Shown piece by piece: positions 12,218 through 23,423 of a DNA stretch of 64,000 bases; the first letter of the stretch is position 1, and every line of letters begins with the position of its first letter. The DNA lies in contig NC_087436.1 of assembly GCF_036321535.1 (NCBI RefSeq), forward strand, positions 21,640,001-21,704,000. The letters are read 5' to 3'. The stretch comes from Camelus dromedarius (Eukaryota). A program made the translations under genes and the position numbers. Under the pieces are notes generated by a model. That model had not been told where the DNA came from and made no database searches. It was given only the letters and a program-made list of their open reading frames with translations.

Positions 12218-13915
12218 CAGGCTTACCTCAGAGATATTGTAGGCTCAGTTCCAGGCCACTGCAATAAAATGAGTATCTCAATAGGAGACAGTAAGGTGAC
12301 TTACGTGAATTTTTTGGTTTCCAAGTGCATATAAAAGTTATATTTGTGCTATACTGTAGCCTATTAACTATGCAAGAGCATTATGTCTAAAAAACAACAT
12401 ACACACTTTAATTAAAAATACTTCATTGCTAAAAAATGCCAACCATGATCTAAGCCTTCAGCAAGTTGTAATCTTTTTGCTGGTGGAGGATTTGCCTCAG
12501 TGTTGATGGCTGCAGACTGATCAGGATGGTGGTTGCTGAAGGCTGGGGTGGCTGTGGCAATTTCTTAAAATAAGACAACAGTGAAATTTGCCACATCAAT
12601 CGCCTCTTCCTTTCATGAACAATTTCTCTGTAGGATGTGGTGCTATTTGATAATATTTTACCCACAAGTAGAACTGCTTTCAAAATTGGAGACAGTCCTC
12701 TCAAAGTCCTTTGCTGCTTTATCAATTAAGTTTATGTAATATTCTAAATCCTTTGTTGTCATTTCAACAGCCTTCGCATCATTTGACTGGATTCCATCTC
12801 AGGAAACCACTTTCTTCGCATGTCTATAAGTAGCAACTCTTCATCCAGTAAAGTTTGGTCATGAGGTTACAGCAATTTAGAAACATCTTCAGGCTCCACT
12901 TCTAGTTCTAGTTCTCTCTCTGTCTCCACCACATCTGCAGTTGCTTCCTCCACTGAAGTCCTGAATCCCTCAAAGTCATCTGTGAGGATTGGAATTACTT
13001 CTTCCAAATTCCCGTTAATGTTCATATTTTGACTTCTTCCCATGAATTATGAATGTCCTTAATGGCATCTAGAAGGGTTAGTCCTTTCCAGGAGGTTTTC
13101 AATTTACTTTGTCCAGATCCATCAGAGGAATCACTATCTATGGCAGCTAGAGCCTTACAAAATGTGTTTCTTAAATAGTAAGACTTGAAAGTCAAAATGA
13201 CTTCTTGACCTGTGGGCTGTAGGATGGATGTTGTATTAGCAGACATGAAAACAATATTAATCTCCTTATACATCTTCATCAGAGCTCTTGGGTGACCAGG
13301 TGCATATTATCAATGAATAATAATATTCTGAAAAGAATCTTTTTTCTGAGCAGTAGATCTCAAAACAGTAGGCTTAAATAGTCTGTAAATATGTTATAAA
13401 AAGATGTGCTGTCATCCAGGCTTTATTGTTCCATTGATAGAGCACAGGCAGAGTAGCTTTAGCATAATCCTTAAGGGCCCTAAGATTTTTGGAATGGTCA
13501 TTGAGCACTGACTTTAATTTAAAGTCATCAGCTGTATTAGCCTCTGACAAGAGAGTCAGGCTGTCCTTTGAGGATTTGAAGCCAGGCATTGACTTCTCCT
13601 CTCTAGCTATGAAAGTCTTAGACGGCATCTTCTTCCAATAGAAGGCTGTTTCATCTACATTGAAAATCTGTTGTTTACTGTAGACACTTTTACTAGTGAT
13701 CTGAGCTAGACCTTCTGGATAACTTGCTGCAGTTTCTACATCAGCACTTGCTGCTTTATTTTGTACTTTTCTGTTACAGAGACGGCTTCTTCTAAGCCTC
13801 ATGAACCAATCTCTGCCAGTTTCAGAGTTTTCTTCTGCAGCTTCCAAACCTCTCTCAGCCTTCACAGAATTAAAGAGAGGTAGGGTCTTGCTCTGGGTTA
13901 GGCTTTGGCTTCACA
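12218..13915 (-). mobile_element. Tigger1 (TcMar-Tigger/pogo) DNA transposon, 5'-truncated, with transposase pseudogene
   Basis: TA at 12216-12217, then terminal repeat 'caggcttacctcagagatattg'; minus ORFs 13374..13865 ('[32 protein letters not shown]') and 13022..13279 ('[28 protein letters not shown]') are pogo DDE transposase segments broken by stops and frameshifts. Confidence 0.95.
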
Positions 13916-14846
13916 GATTGTGGTGAATATTGGGGTAAAATTCACCAAAGTATTAATAGTGAATACCACTGAGTAGGTTACAATAGATGTTTTTAATTAA
14001 AATGCTTTTTAAGAATTTATTAGATGAGTGTTAACAATTTTGTAATTAGAAAAAAGAATATTTGAAAGTAACATAAAATAATTCAGTGGTGGGATACTTT
14101 TCCTTACCTGTTAGATCATCCTGGAATTCACGGCCACCAGCAGTGACCAAATGGGTAAAAACATTTTATCTTTCTTTCTCTATGAGCTACCTATTCTATT
14201 ATTGTAATCAAAATTTCATACTTAAATCTTATATTACTTTATCAAAACCACAGGCCATTCCAATAGCAATTTCAGTAGTGTAACAAAAAGAAGTGCACAT
14301 GTATATATTTAGACAAGTAAAACATAAACAAGGAAAGCAAAGAAAATTAAGATATTAAAAGTTTTTTTTTTGAAAAAGACATACAACTCATTTTCTTTTA
14401 TTCAGACACTGTTAAATGAATTCCTATGTAACATTTAAATTGACATTTTCACTCAGGTTTCTTCAGTTTTTGCGTCTGGTTAGTGAACTGGCTTTTTCAT
14501 GTCCCAAAGTCATAAGATTGTTAGAAAAGCCTTGTATTCTATAATTAAAAATTGCCAGTCCTTTAGCTGTTTTGCTCAGCAGAGGCATAGGGCACGGTGT
14601 CTTTTAGAGACATTGCTCCTGAGATGAGAATAAAAGATTTTGACCTTTTATTGCCATGTTCATGAGTCGGAAGAACTTCATTTATTTTAGGTAAAGAGCA
14701 AATGAAGCATTGCCTATTTTCAGTGATTCAAAGAGCGGCTGAAGTCACCTACAACTTGCCAGTCAATAGTCTTTTGTAATGTTTTCCGTTTAGAAAACTA
14801 TTGTACTTTTCCTCAAAACATCAGTGGCTCTTAGCTAGCAATTTGA

Positions 14847-14865
14847 ACACACACACACACACACA
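14847..14865. repeat. (AC)n microsatellite, ~9 units
   Basis: Read directly. Confidence 0.9.
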
Positions 14866-15309
14866 AAGACCACAATCCAGTTACTGGTGAACCATAGTCA
14901 TAAACAACATTAGCCTCATGTGTGAAAATTTTCTTCCTCCTCCAACTGAAAACACATATTCTTCAAAACTGAGAAATCATTCAAAAATTGACTGTTAAAT
15001 GTAAAATAATTAGAGCCATGGGGCTCCATCTAGTTTAATGTTTTAATGTGGGGGAAGAAAAAAGGCTTAAGGTCTCTTTGATATTAAGTCAATGCTATAA
15101 ACACAATGACATTGGCTGCCCCAGCTTGCTCATATATAAAATTAAGTGCACGGAGAATCTCTGCACTCACTTCTATTTTAAAAGGAAAAATTATAATAGC
15201 AATTGAAAATTGGTAAGAAAAGATTATGTCACTTCCACCTTAGTCTATAAGTCACATTTTAAAGCTGTATGTGAGTGCTAAGAAAGCTAAGTTCCTTCTC
15301 TGGTTTGTT

Positions 15310-15650
15310 TAAACCACGTGCAATTATGGACACGTCAAAAATATGAACGTCCACAAGGTATTTGAACATCCTGAGTTTGTACAGCCCAAGAAGAAGCAAA
15401 TCTTAGTTTAGGGCAAGTTTAGTCACTAAGATTCACCACTGCCGCTCTAGACAGTCGATATAAATTGCTGCATAATTAGCCCAGCGGCAATAATCCATCC
15501 ATCAGGAAGACAAGGCGCAGACACCCGAAGCCATCGATTCTGCCTGCTGTGCTGCACCTTGTTAACCGTGCGCGCGCCTGGGAAACCCCGCGGGATGTAG
15601 TGTTCGCCACGTGGTTTGCTTCCGCATTGAAGAAGAACGTGGCAACAATT
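15310..15650. promoter_or_regulatory. Small orphan CpG-rich element (candidate enhancer or weak promoter)
   Basis: Local CpG enrichment in AT-rich unique DNA; CACGTG at 15315 and 15608, TAATTA 15473, TAATCC 15491, TGATGGATGG on the minus strand 15495-15504, GTGCGCGCGC 15568-15577, GGGAAACCCC 15580-15589. Confidence 0.45.
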
Positions 15651-16974
15651 TTAAAAAGAGATCAGAACAAATAGCAGTGTCTATTTTTTAAAGGTTTGAA
15701 AGTACATGGGGTGGGCTCAGGAGTCAGGCTATGTGAGGGGCCCATGTTTCCTATTACTCCTGGTCAAGGAGACAAAGTTAGTTAATGCCTCCCTGGTTAG
15801 GATCCCCATAAAAGAAACAAGAATGACTTACGGATGGCGGTGATACTGGGGAGACAATGTGTTGATTTCAGAAACGTCATGGAAAGAAACATTCTGAGTG
15901 ATATTAATAACTTGTGGAAATTATGTAATTTCAGAAGGCTACCCTGGGGGCAATCCAAAATCTATTTTTAGAATCAGACGTGTCAGACACATTTACACAA
16001 AACTAATTTCCTAAACTCATCAAAGATAGAAACCTTGGAACTATATGCTGGATATGTAATATCCAAAAAAACATAAAATGGCCGTTTTAGAACTAAATGT
16101 TTACTTTATCAGTGGCATGAGTAATAATTCAACAAAAATCTCGTATAGAAATAAAACAGAGTTCCCTCCTCATACTATATTCAACCTGATACAAACTATG
16201 CAAAAGATCAAGAATAAAATTCTGTAATAGGACAGTTACTAGGAAGATTCAACACAGTTGGGCAAAGCTACCATTTTCAATGAACTCCTTTTAAATTCTG
16301 CTATGACTAATATACAAAGGTCATGGGGTAGTGAGGGTCAAAGTGATCTTTGTGTGATTCACTGACATAAAAAATCTTTATGAAATATAATTATGTGCAA
16401 AAGGAAGCTACATACTTCATTTGGTACTAGATTCTTCAGAAAAATCTTAAGTTCAAACATAAAATCTCTGAAGTCAAGGAGTTTTGAAGAAAAGAGATGT
16501 GCTCATTAGGGTAAATCTGGTTACCTGAGGATGACTGATCAGCATAATTAATGGTCTTGGGGAACAAGAGGAAATATTTGAATCAGAAAAAAAAGTATGC
16601 TGTCTTATATGTGTGCTTGATTTAAAAGGAATATGTAAGATATTATTTAGTTCCTAGATATGAACTTGATAAATATTAATATCATTGTTAGTGAGTTTGT
16701 AAGAGATGATATGGGCTTCTTTGAAAATTTGGAATCGTTATCTAGAATGATGCCATTAAAGAGTCTTTATTAATACATAATGAGATTTGATGCAACATGT
16801 CCAAGTTTACTGCATCGGAATTGGATAGGTTGGTAGAGTCATAGGTACTTCTATTCAGTAGGCATAATAAAGAAGACAGCAGTAGGGGGTAGCAAAAGGT
16901 CAACTAGTAGGCAAAAAACTGCATGTGGAAGAGGATGACAAGGAGAAGCAGATAACAATAGTCCAGGAGGAGGT

Positions 16975-17741
16975 TCTTTTTTTAAACTGAAGTATAGTTT
17001 ATTTACAGTGTTAGTTTCTGGTATACAGCATAGTGATTCAGTTATACATGCATATATATATTATTTTTCATATTCTTTTCCATTATAGGTTATTACGAGA
17101 TACTGAATGCAGTTCCCTGTGGTATACAGTAGGACCTTTTTGTTTATCTATTTTTATATACAGTAATGTGTATCTGCTAATTCCAAACTCCTAATTTATC
17201 CCTCCTCCTCCTCCCGTAACCGTAAGTTTGTTTTCTATGTCTGTGGGTCTGTTTGTGTTTTGTAAATAAGTTCATTTGTATCATTTTTTAGATTCCACAT
17301 ATAAGTGATATTATCTGATATTTGTCTTTCTCTGTCTGACTTACTTCACTTAGTATGGTAATCTCTAGGTCCATCCATGTTGCTGCATTATTTCATTCTC
17401 TTTTATGGCTGAGTGATATTTCTTTCTGTGTCTGTGTGTATAATGAGATTTAATGCATATACACACACACCCACGTCTTCTTTATCCAGTCATCTGCTGA
17501 TGGACATTTAGGTTGCTTCCATGTCTTGGCTGTTGTAAATAGTGCCGCTGTGAACACTGGGATGCATGTATCTTTTCAAATTAGCATTTTCTCCAGATAC
17601 ATGCCCAGGAGTGGGATTGCTGGATTATATGGCAAATCTATTTTTAGCTTTTTAAGGAATCTCTATACTATTTTCCATAATGGCTGCACAAATTTACACT
17701 CCCACCAACAGTGTAGAAGGGTTCCCCTTTCTCCACACCCC
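16975..17741 (-). mobile_element. 5'-truncated lineage-specific L1
   Basis: Antisense L1 3' end ('ttttagattccacatataagtgatattatc', 'aatttacactcccaccaacagtgtagaagggttccc'); flanked by aggaggag at 16965-16972 and 17743-17750, the latter followed by tttt|aa (L1 endonuclease site). Confidence 0.92.
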
Positions 17742-17898
17742 AAGGAGGAGTTTTAATACCAAATAATTGGGGGAGGTATTTGTCTAATAGCTGGAGATGA
17801 ATGATCTCGGAGAAGTCAGTGTACAGAGATGTGGAAAGACAGGCAGGTTGGCATGAGGAAACCCCGGCAGCAGGTAGCAGAGTTCCAATCACCGGAAG

Positions 17899-17913
17899 CC
17901 CCCCCCCCCCCCC
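17899..17913. repeat. Poly-C run (C15)
   Basis: Read directly; homopolymer length may be an assembly estimate. Confidence 0.85.
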
Positions 17914-17925
17914 GGGAAAAGTACT

Positions 17926-18430
17926 GTGATGGCTACTGCAGACTGGCTTGCTCAAGATCAATTCCCACCTCCTGCTAGTGTGGTTTCCTATCCTGCAGAA
18001 GCTGGTGAGCTAAAATCTACACTTCCCACATTTCTAGATGTGATTTATGTTCTGCCAACCAGCTGCCTTTACAGAAGACTAAAATCCAGAACTGAAATAA
18101 GAGTGGAGGGAACATAGCGTGAGGCTCCTATTTTTGCTGGTGCGGATTGAAGTGGAAGTGATTTGATCTTGAGCTAGCAGCTGTCATCATGACTTCTTGC
18201 TTCATCAGGCAGCTTCCTGATTATGGGCAGAGCAATAGTAATTCTGCATCATGACTTGAGTGGTTTTTTTTTTTCTGGCCACAAAATACAGTTTTTTTCT
18301 GCAAGATCAGACTAAATTCTCTTCAGTTGATAAACATTATTATAAGCCATTTAATATCCCATAAAACAAATTCCTTTCTGCTGACACCATCTAGAGTAGG
18401 TTTTGTTCTCTATAATTGAACCCTCACAGG
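17926..18430 (+). mobile_element. Ancient ERVL-class LTR (subfamily uncertain), probable 5' LTR of the downstream internal region
   Basis: Starts 'tgtgatggc'; 'gctaaaatctacacttccca', 'gatgtgatttatgttctgccaaccag', 'aaattcctttctgct...ctagagtaggttttgtt' resemble old ERVL LTRs; abuts ERVL gag. Confidence 0.6.
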
Positions 18431-20767
18431 GCAATTACTGACTATAGTGATCGTAAGCAACAGACTCTCAAAGAAATGAGATTTTGAGATTGGTTAGCTC
18501 ACCGGTTGGAAATAAAGGCAGCTAAGCTTCTGCTAGTATCATAAGATAGACACCAGCTGCATACTGGTGATGTACTAACTTAGAGTTAATATCATCCAGG
18601 GTTGTGTAGAATAAGAGATTCTTCATTATGGGAAGAAAAAGAATGTAAGGACTGTTCTGGGGATGTGGGGTGGGTTTTTCTATCAGTTCCATAGAACTTA
18701 AAAGAAGTGATAAAAGGAGATTTAAAGTGTTCTGCTTAAGGTATGGTCAGAACCAGAGAACTTCCATGGCTGCCTGTAGGACTCTCAGAGAAGATAGAAA
18801 GACAGAAACAGAGCCAGACCCTCTGAGTTTCTGAACTGCAATGTAGGGTGGATTCATAGACTTCACATCTCTTCTGTGAACAAGAGGGCATTTGGGGGAA
18901 AGAATGGGACCAAGGAAAGAAATAGGGAATTTGATGGATTCTTATGTCTCTCAGTACCTTAAAAGCCCATATTCCACCAAGTATTCCTTGAAAGCAAACT
19001 TGTTTCCTATTTTATGAAGCTGCTCCTTTCTTGCCAGAAGGCTCTGTGATGACTTCACCTGAGGGAGTGCAGTCAGCAGGGAAGCCAGTCTTCCCCGAGC
19101 TGTACACCCCAACATTGCCTTCAGAGCCTTCGCTAGAATCAAACCCCAGCATGCTGCTGTGGTGGCAAACACAGTCCAAGCTGGAGGGAAAAGATTTATA
19201 CAACAAAAAGAATCATAAGATTTTGCTCATTTGCAATGGCAAAAACTTGCAGTCTGTGTGGGAATGGATTCCAAAGGTGTCAGACCAAGAAGGGAGAAGC
19301 TTAATTTGGATCAGGTTGATGATTTTGCATTGGGTGCACTTGCCAGAGATTCTGGGTTCAATATGCTCCCTTGAGCAGCTCAGAACGTTTAATAGAAACA
19401 CGGGTATGGGGGTAGCCAATGCTTAAGCTATGATGCCAAAAGTTCTTGGGGCAGTGTAGGGAAATGGATGTAAAGAGAAGGAAACACTGGGGTATATTTA
19501 TGATGTGCAAATCACTCATCAACACTTATTTATGTCTCCCAAGAGACTAAAGGACACTTCCTTCAGCAGGGCACTACCTTCATCAGGAAATACCTTGAGA
19601 AGAGTCAGAGTGGCTGACCTCTGATGGTAGGAGCTGCAGCCAAAGAAAAGGGCCCCCTGATTCCTCTGGGTGTGATGGGGTCCCAGGTGGCAAGGTACAA
19701 GGGGCAGCACCATGACAGGACTCAGAATAGAGGTGAAATGTGGTTACCATTATAAGCAGCAGGGCTGGACCGATGATCACAGGTTTTGAATGTCAAGGAT
19801 ATTTGACAGTGGTTAATGGAACAGGAGGTTCCCCTGAAAGAAATATACAGGCCTATTCTCATCCTCCTGGATCTGCATAAACTGACACCAAAACAAAAGT
19901 AAAGTCTAGGTGACCCGATAAACTCTAATTACGAGTTATAGCTCCTTACTGGTTCACCACCCTACAGCCCATAAATGATAATGTACCCTATGATAGTGCG
20001 GCAAACACTGCTCATCTTCTTAGTGGTCCCCTAAGAAGGATCTGCAGCCATCTGTCAGGAAAATGGCTGTGCCCAGCAGGAAGGAACCACCCAGATCTTT
20101 GTGGGATTACTGACAAGAGCTGTAGCTAATATTAATGCCAGGGGACCCAGAAATGCCAGAGTGGTCCCCTACTCAGGAGGGATTGATTGAAGTTAGGGAG
20201 TATAAATAAAGCTTTGGTTTGGGTTTATTGCACAGTGGGTCAACGTGGGCCAACTGGTGATTCATTCTATGGTTACTTTCCTAGTTTCCATACGTATGGT
20301 TGCAACAGGCATACTCATCAACGTCTGCATACTGGCTTCCAGATCCGTGGAATGAAGGCTCTGGCTGGGCGAGAGGAAGCTTCTGTACCAAGATGATGCC
20401 ACAATAAACGTAAAGCAACGCCACACACCTGGAAGGGTGGTAGAGGTGAGTGTTACTGTCAAACCTTTCAGAAAGGGAGAGGTAATAATTTTTATTACAT
20501 TCTCAAATTCCCACCGCCCCACCTTCCCCCTATCCTCATTAAGCTCTTCTGTTTGACCAGAGAGAAGACTGATGGGCCTTGGGAACAATATCAATGGATT
20601 ATCGGAGCTTAATGAGAGAGTGATTCCAATTGAAGCTGCTGTCCCATATGTGGTTTATTTTCTGAAGCCATTGGACACAGATCCTTATGCCTGACAGAAT
20701 TGTCAAGTTGGCAATTTTTTAAAAATTAAATACCCAATAAGAAGAGACCACAGATTCAGTTTCCTTT

Positions 20768-21012
20768 TTTGTTTTATTTTGTTTTAATTCTTATTTTTTA
20801 TTGAAGTATAGTTGATTTACAATGTTAGTTTCAGGTGTACAGCAAAGCAATTCAGTTATACATATACATACATACATATACATATTTTCAGTTTATTTCC
20901 CACTACTTCTCATTACAAGAAATTGAATATAGTTCCCTGTGCTCTACAGTAGGTCCTTGTTGTTTATCTATTTTATATACAGTAATGTGTATCTATTAAT
21001 CCCAAACTCCTA
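20768..21012 (-). mobile_element. Lineage-specific L1 3' end inserted in ERVL pol
   Basis: T-rich tail then 'ttgaagtatagttgatttacaatgttagtttcaggtgtacagcaaag...gtaggtccttgttgtttatctattttatatac'. Confidence 0.88.
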
Positions 21013-21089
21013 ATCGCCTTTTAAATAGTAGGGAGCAGCAGAGGACAATGGGTTACATCAACTTTCTGGCTCTGTTTGGTAATTTAGTT

Positions 21090-21303
21090 CAGAGATTGGC
21101 TAACTTTTCCTGTAAAGGGCCAAATAGGAAATATTTTAGGCTTTGTGGGCCACATATAGTCTTTGTTGCATATTCTTCTTCTTCCTCTTTTTTTTTTTTA
21201 ATAAAACAACCCAACAAAGTAAAAACCACTCCTAGCCTGCAAGCTTTATAAAAACAGGCTTTAGGGCAGATTTGGCCTCCACGCCACAGTGTGCTGGCCT
21301 CTG
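21090..21303. mobile_element. MER58 (MER58C-like) hAT-Charlie MITE inserted in ERVL pol
   Basis: 'cagagattggctaacttttcctgtaaagggccaaataggaaatattttaggctttgtgggcca' ... 'gatttggcctccacgccacagtgtgctggcctctg' with complementary cag...ctg ends. Confidence 0.88.
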
Positions 21304-23107
21304 ACTTGGTCCATGGGCTCCTTAGACGTCGCACGAGTCCACACGATATCACGCTGCTCCATTACATTGCTCATGCTGTAACTATGACCCCAGTAAGCAG
21401 AAAGTAGACCTGGATGTCCTGGGAAGACACGCTGATGTCAAAAATGGGAGAGAAATCTTTTGAAAGTTCAATTTCCAAGTCACAGAGCTTATTTCCAGAA
21501 AGATGTCTTTAGTTCTGGGTTTCAGAAACCAGGAAAATCCATCAGGAGCACTGGACACAAGCTGAGAGGAATGAACAGTAAGTGTGTCCTGAAGCCGGCC
21601 CCTCCATGTGGTGTGGCTGTTCTCAGGCTCTTCCCACCAGGGGACTTTGGAACTGTGAACTGGCTGAACTGACACCAGGGTGTCACATGGCTCACCTGCA
21701 AGGAGAGGAGGGATACAGTGGCCAGAAACCAGGGGCTTGGAGAAATAGGTCCCTGCCACATTGATTCTGAGCCTCTTCCACCAGTAAGCCATTTTGATTG
21801 AGGGTCTTGTCTGACTGATAGAAGGAAGTCAAAAGTTGACTTTATTTTTATTCCTCGGACTCCTAGAGAAAGAAATCTACCTATAGGTTGTATAAAAATG
21901 GCTATGTTCCAAGGGAATTTTAAAGAAAGAACCATTCAGATATTGCTGAAAACCATGTAATAGTGTAGTTGTGAGTGCAGAAATGACTTTTCTTCTTTAT
22001 TCATTTTAAGAACAGTTTAAATTGGTTTGTGCATCATAAAAATTTAGCCTTTGATCAATACTTGGCTAAATAAACTGCAGTCTCCCTGGAATGTAGATGA
22101 CCAAGGGACACTTACTCTTTCACATGGTACGCTTTCTCTTTTGGAACTAATAAAAGCCACAACTGCATGCTTTATTATAAAAAGCAGAACAGAATCTGGG
22201 CAGTTTTTTCCTTATTTCAGAAAGACAAAGCTCAACAATGAATAACATATTAGGAATCTGACCTGAATAGTAAGAGACTTGACTTTCTTGTTGCCAGGCT
22301 GGCTTAACCCCATGCATAAGCGTGGCCTGTAGTGGTGATAAGTACTTGAACCTTTTTCTTTGATTTCATGACCTTTAGCAGAAACATAATTTCACTGCAT
22401 GTGTGTATCTTTTCACCCAAACTGTTTTCTTACATATCTGAATGTGCATTAGTTTCATTAAAGATCTTTACTGGCCTGATGCCCAATATCCCTGTCAAGC
22501 TGAAATTGTGAGCTCACAGTTCCTTGCTCTCAGAAACGATGCTAGGTTGTCCTTTGGACTCTCTAGAGAAGCGTGGACACCTGATCGAAGGCCAGCCTAA
22601 CCATACATCAGCAACGTAGGAAGTAGCAAGAGGCTTTCTTCTTAATAGAACAGAGATTAATTGCCTCAGTCAGCCTGATGCTATCCTTTATAATTTGCAC
22701 TGAGGAGAATGCAGGAAGTCATTGGAAGTAGGAGGAGAAAGAGGAAGCTCCAAAAAGAAGCATAGACAGTGAAAGTCGCTGAGATGTATTAATGATCACA
22801 GGGAAGGACGCAGATCAGAAGAGGGCAAAACTGGTTCGGAATGGCAGTGGCCCCCAAGTTTTCTTCATCCTGCCACTCCTAGCTGTCCACTCTGAGGTGA
22901 TCAAGATCCCAGTAGCAGCAATGACAGTGGCTTCTCTGGCAGAGAAAAATGAGAGGTACAGAGAGGGGACCCATCAGGCCGACCAACACCACGGACTCCT
23001 AGTATTTCATGTCTGCCCAGGGTACCTCTGTCCCTTGTAACTATCACCCAAATGTGTGGCTTCTCTAGCCTCTGGGGATCACACCTCCCTGCAACAAATT
23101 ATTAAGT

Positions 23108-23423
23108 GTATGGAAACTGAAAAATACAACAAATTAGTGAATATAACAAAAAAGAAGCAGACTCACAGCTATAGAGAACACACTAGTGGTGACCAGTGGG
23201 GGTGGGGTGGGGTAGTATAAGGGCAGAGGATTAAGAGGTGCAAACTATTTTGTATAAAATAAGCTACAAGGATATATTTTCCAACATAAGGAATATAGCC
23301 AGTATTTTATCATAACTATAAATGGAGTATAACCTTTAAAAATGACTCATTATGTTGTACACATGAAAATTCTATAATATTGTAATCAACTATACTTCAA
23401 TAAAAAATCAAAATAAAAAAAAA
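23108..23423 (+). mobile_element. L1 3' UTR (cetartiodactyl/L1MA9-like)
   Basis: 'aagaagcagactcacagctatagagaacacactagtggt', 'ataaaataagctacaaggatata', 'aatcaactatacttcaataaaaaa' plus A-tail. Confidence 0.85.

Larger units (their letters stand above)
18450..21600 (+). mobile_element. Decayed ERVL internal region (gag-pro-pol remnants)
   Basis: Gag VWEWIPKVSDQEGRS/LDQVDDFALGALARDSGFN (~19257-19362), protease-region LILMPGDP (~20126-20149), RT MDYR/LNERVIPIEAAVPYVV (~20594-20655) and ITLLHYIAH (21348-21374), collinear with HERV-L motifs WEWILRVWD..LDQAEFIDMG, LTLIPGDP, DYRKLNQVVTPIAAAVPDVV, TLVHYIDD. Confidence 0.88.

Noticed and set aside
13022..13865. Possible domesticated TIGD-like gene
   Set aside because: Frameshift at the second catalytic motif, internal stops, missing N-terminus, and embedded in an ordinary Tigger1 copy.
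14108..14190. Possible minus-strand exon ending in a strong CAG|gtaagg donor at 14108/14107
   Set aside because: The upstream AG has no polypyrimidine tract and all three frames contain stops. It is unsupported without transcript data, although a lncRNA from the 15.5-kb element cannot be excluded.
19031..19426. 131-aa ORF as a host gene or Fv1-like co-opted gag
   Set aside because: Only a short in-frame ERVL gag stretch, then a frameshift at ~19305; a decayed provirus.
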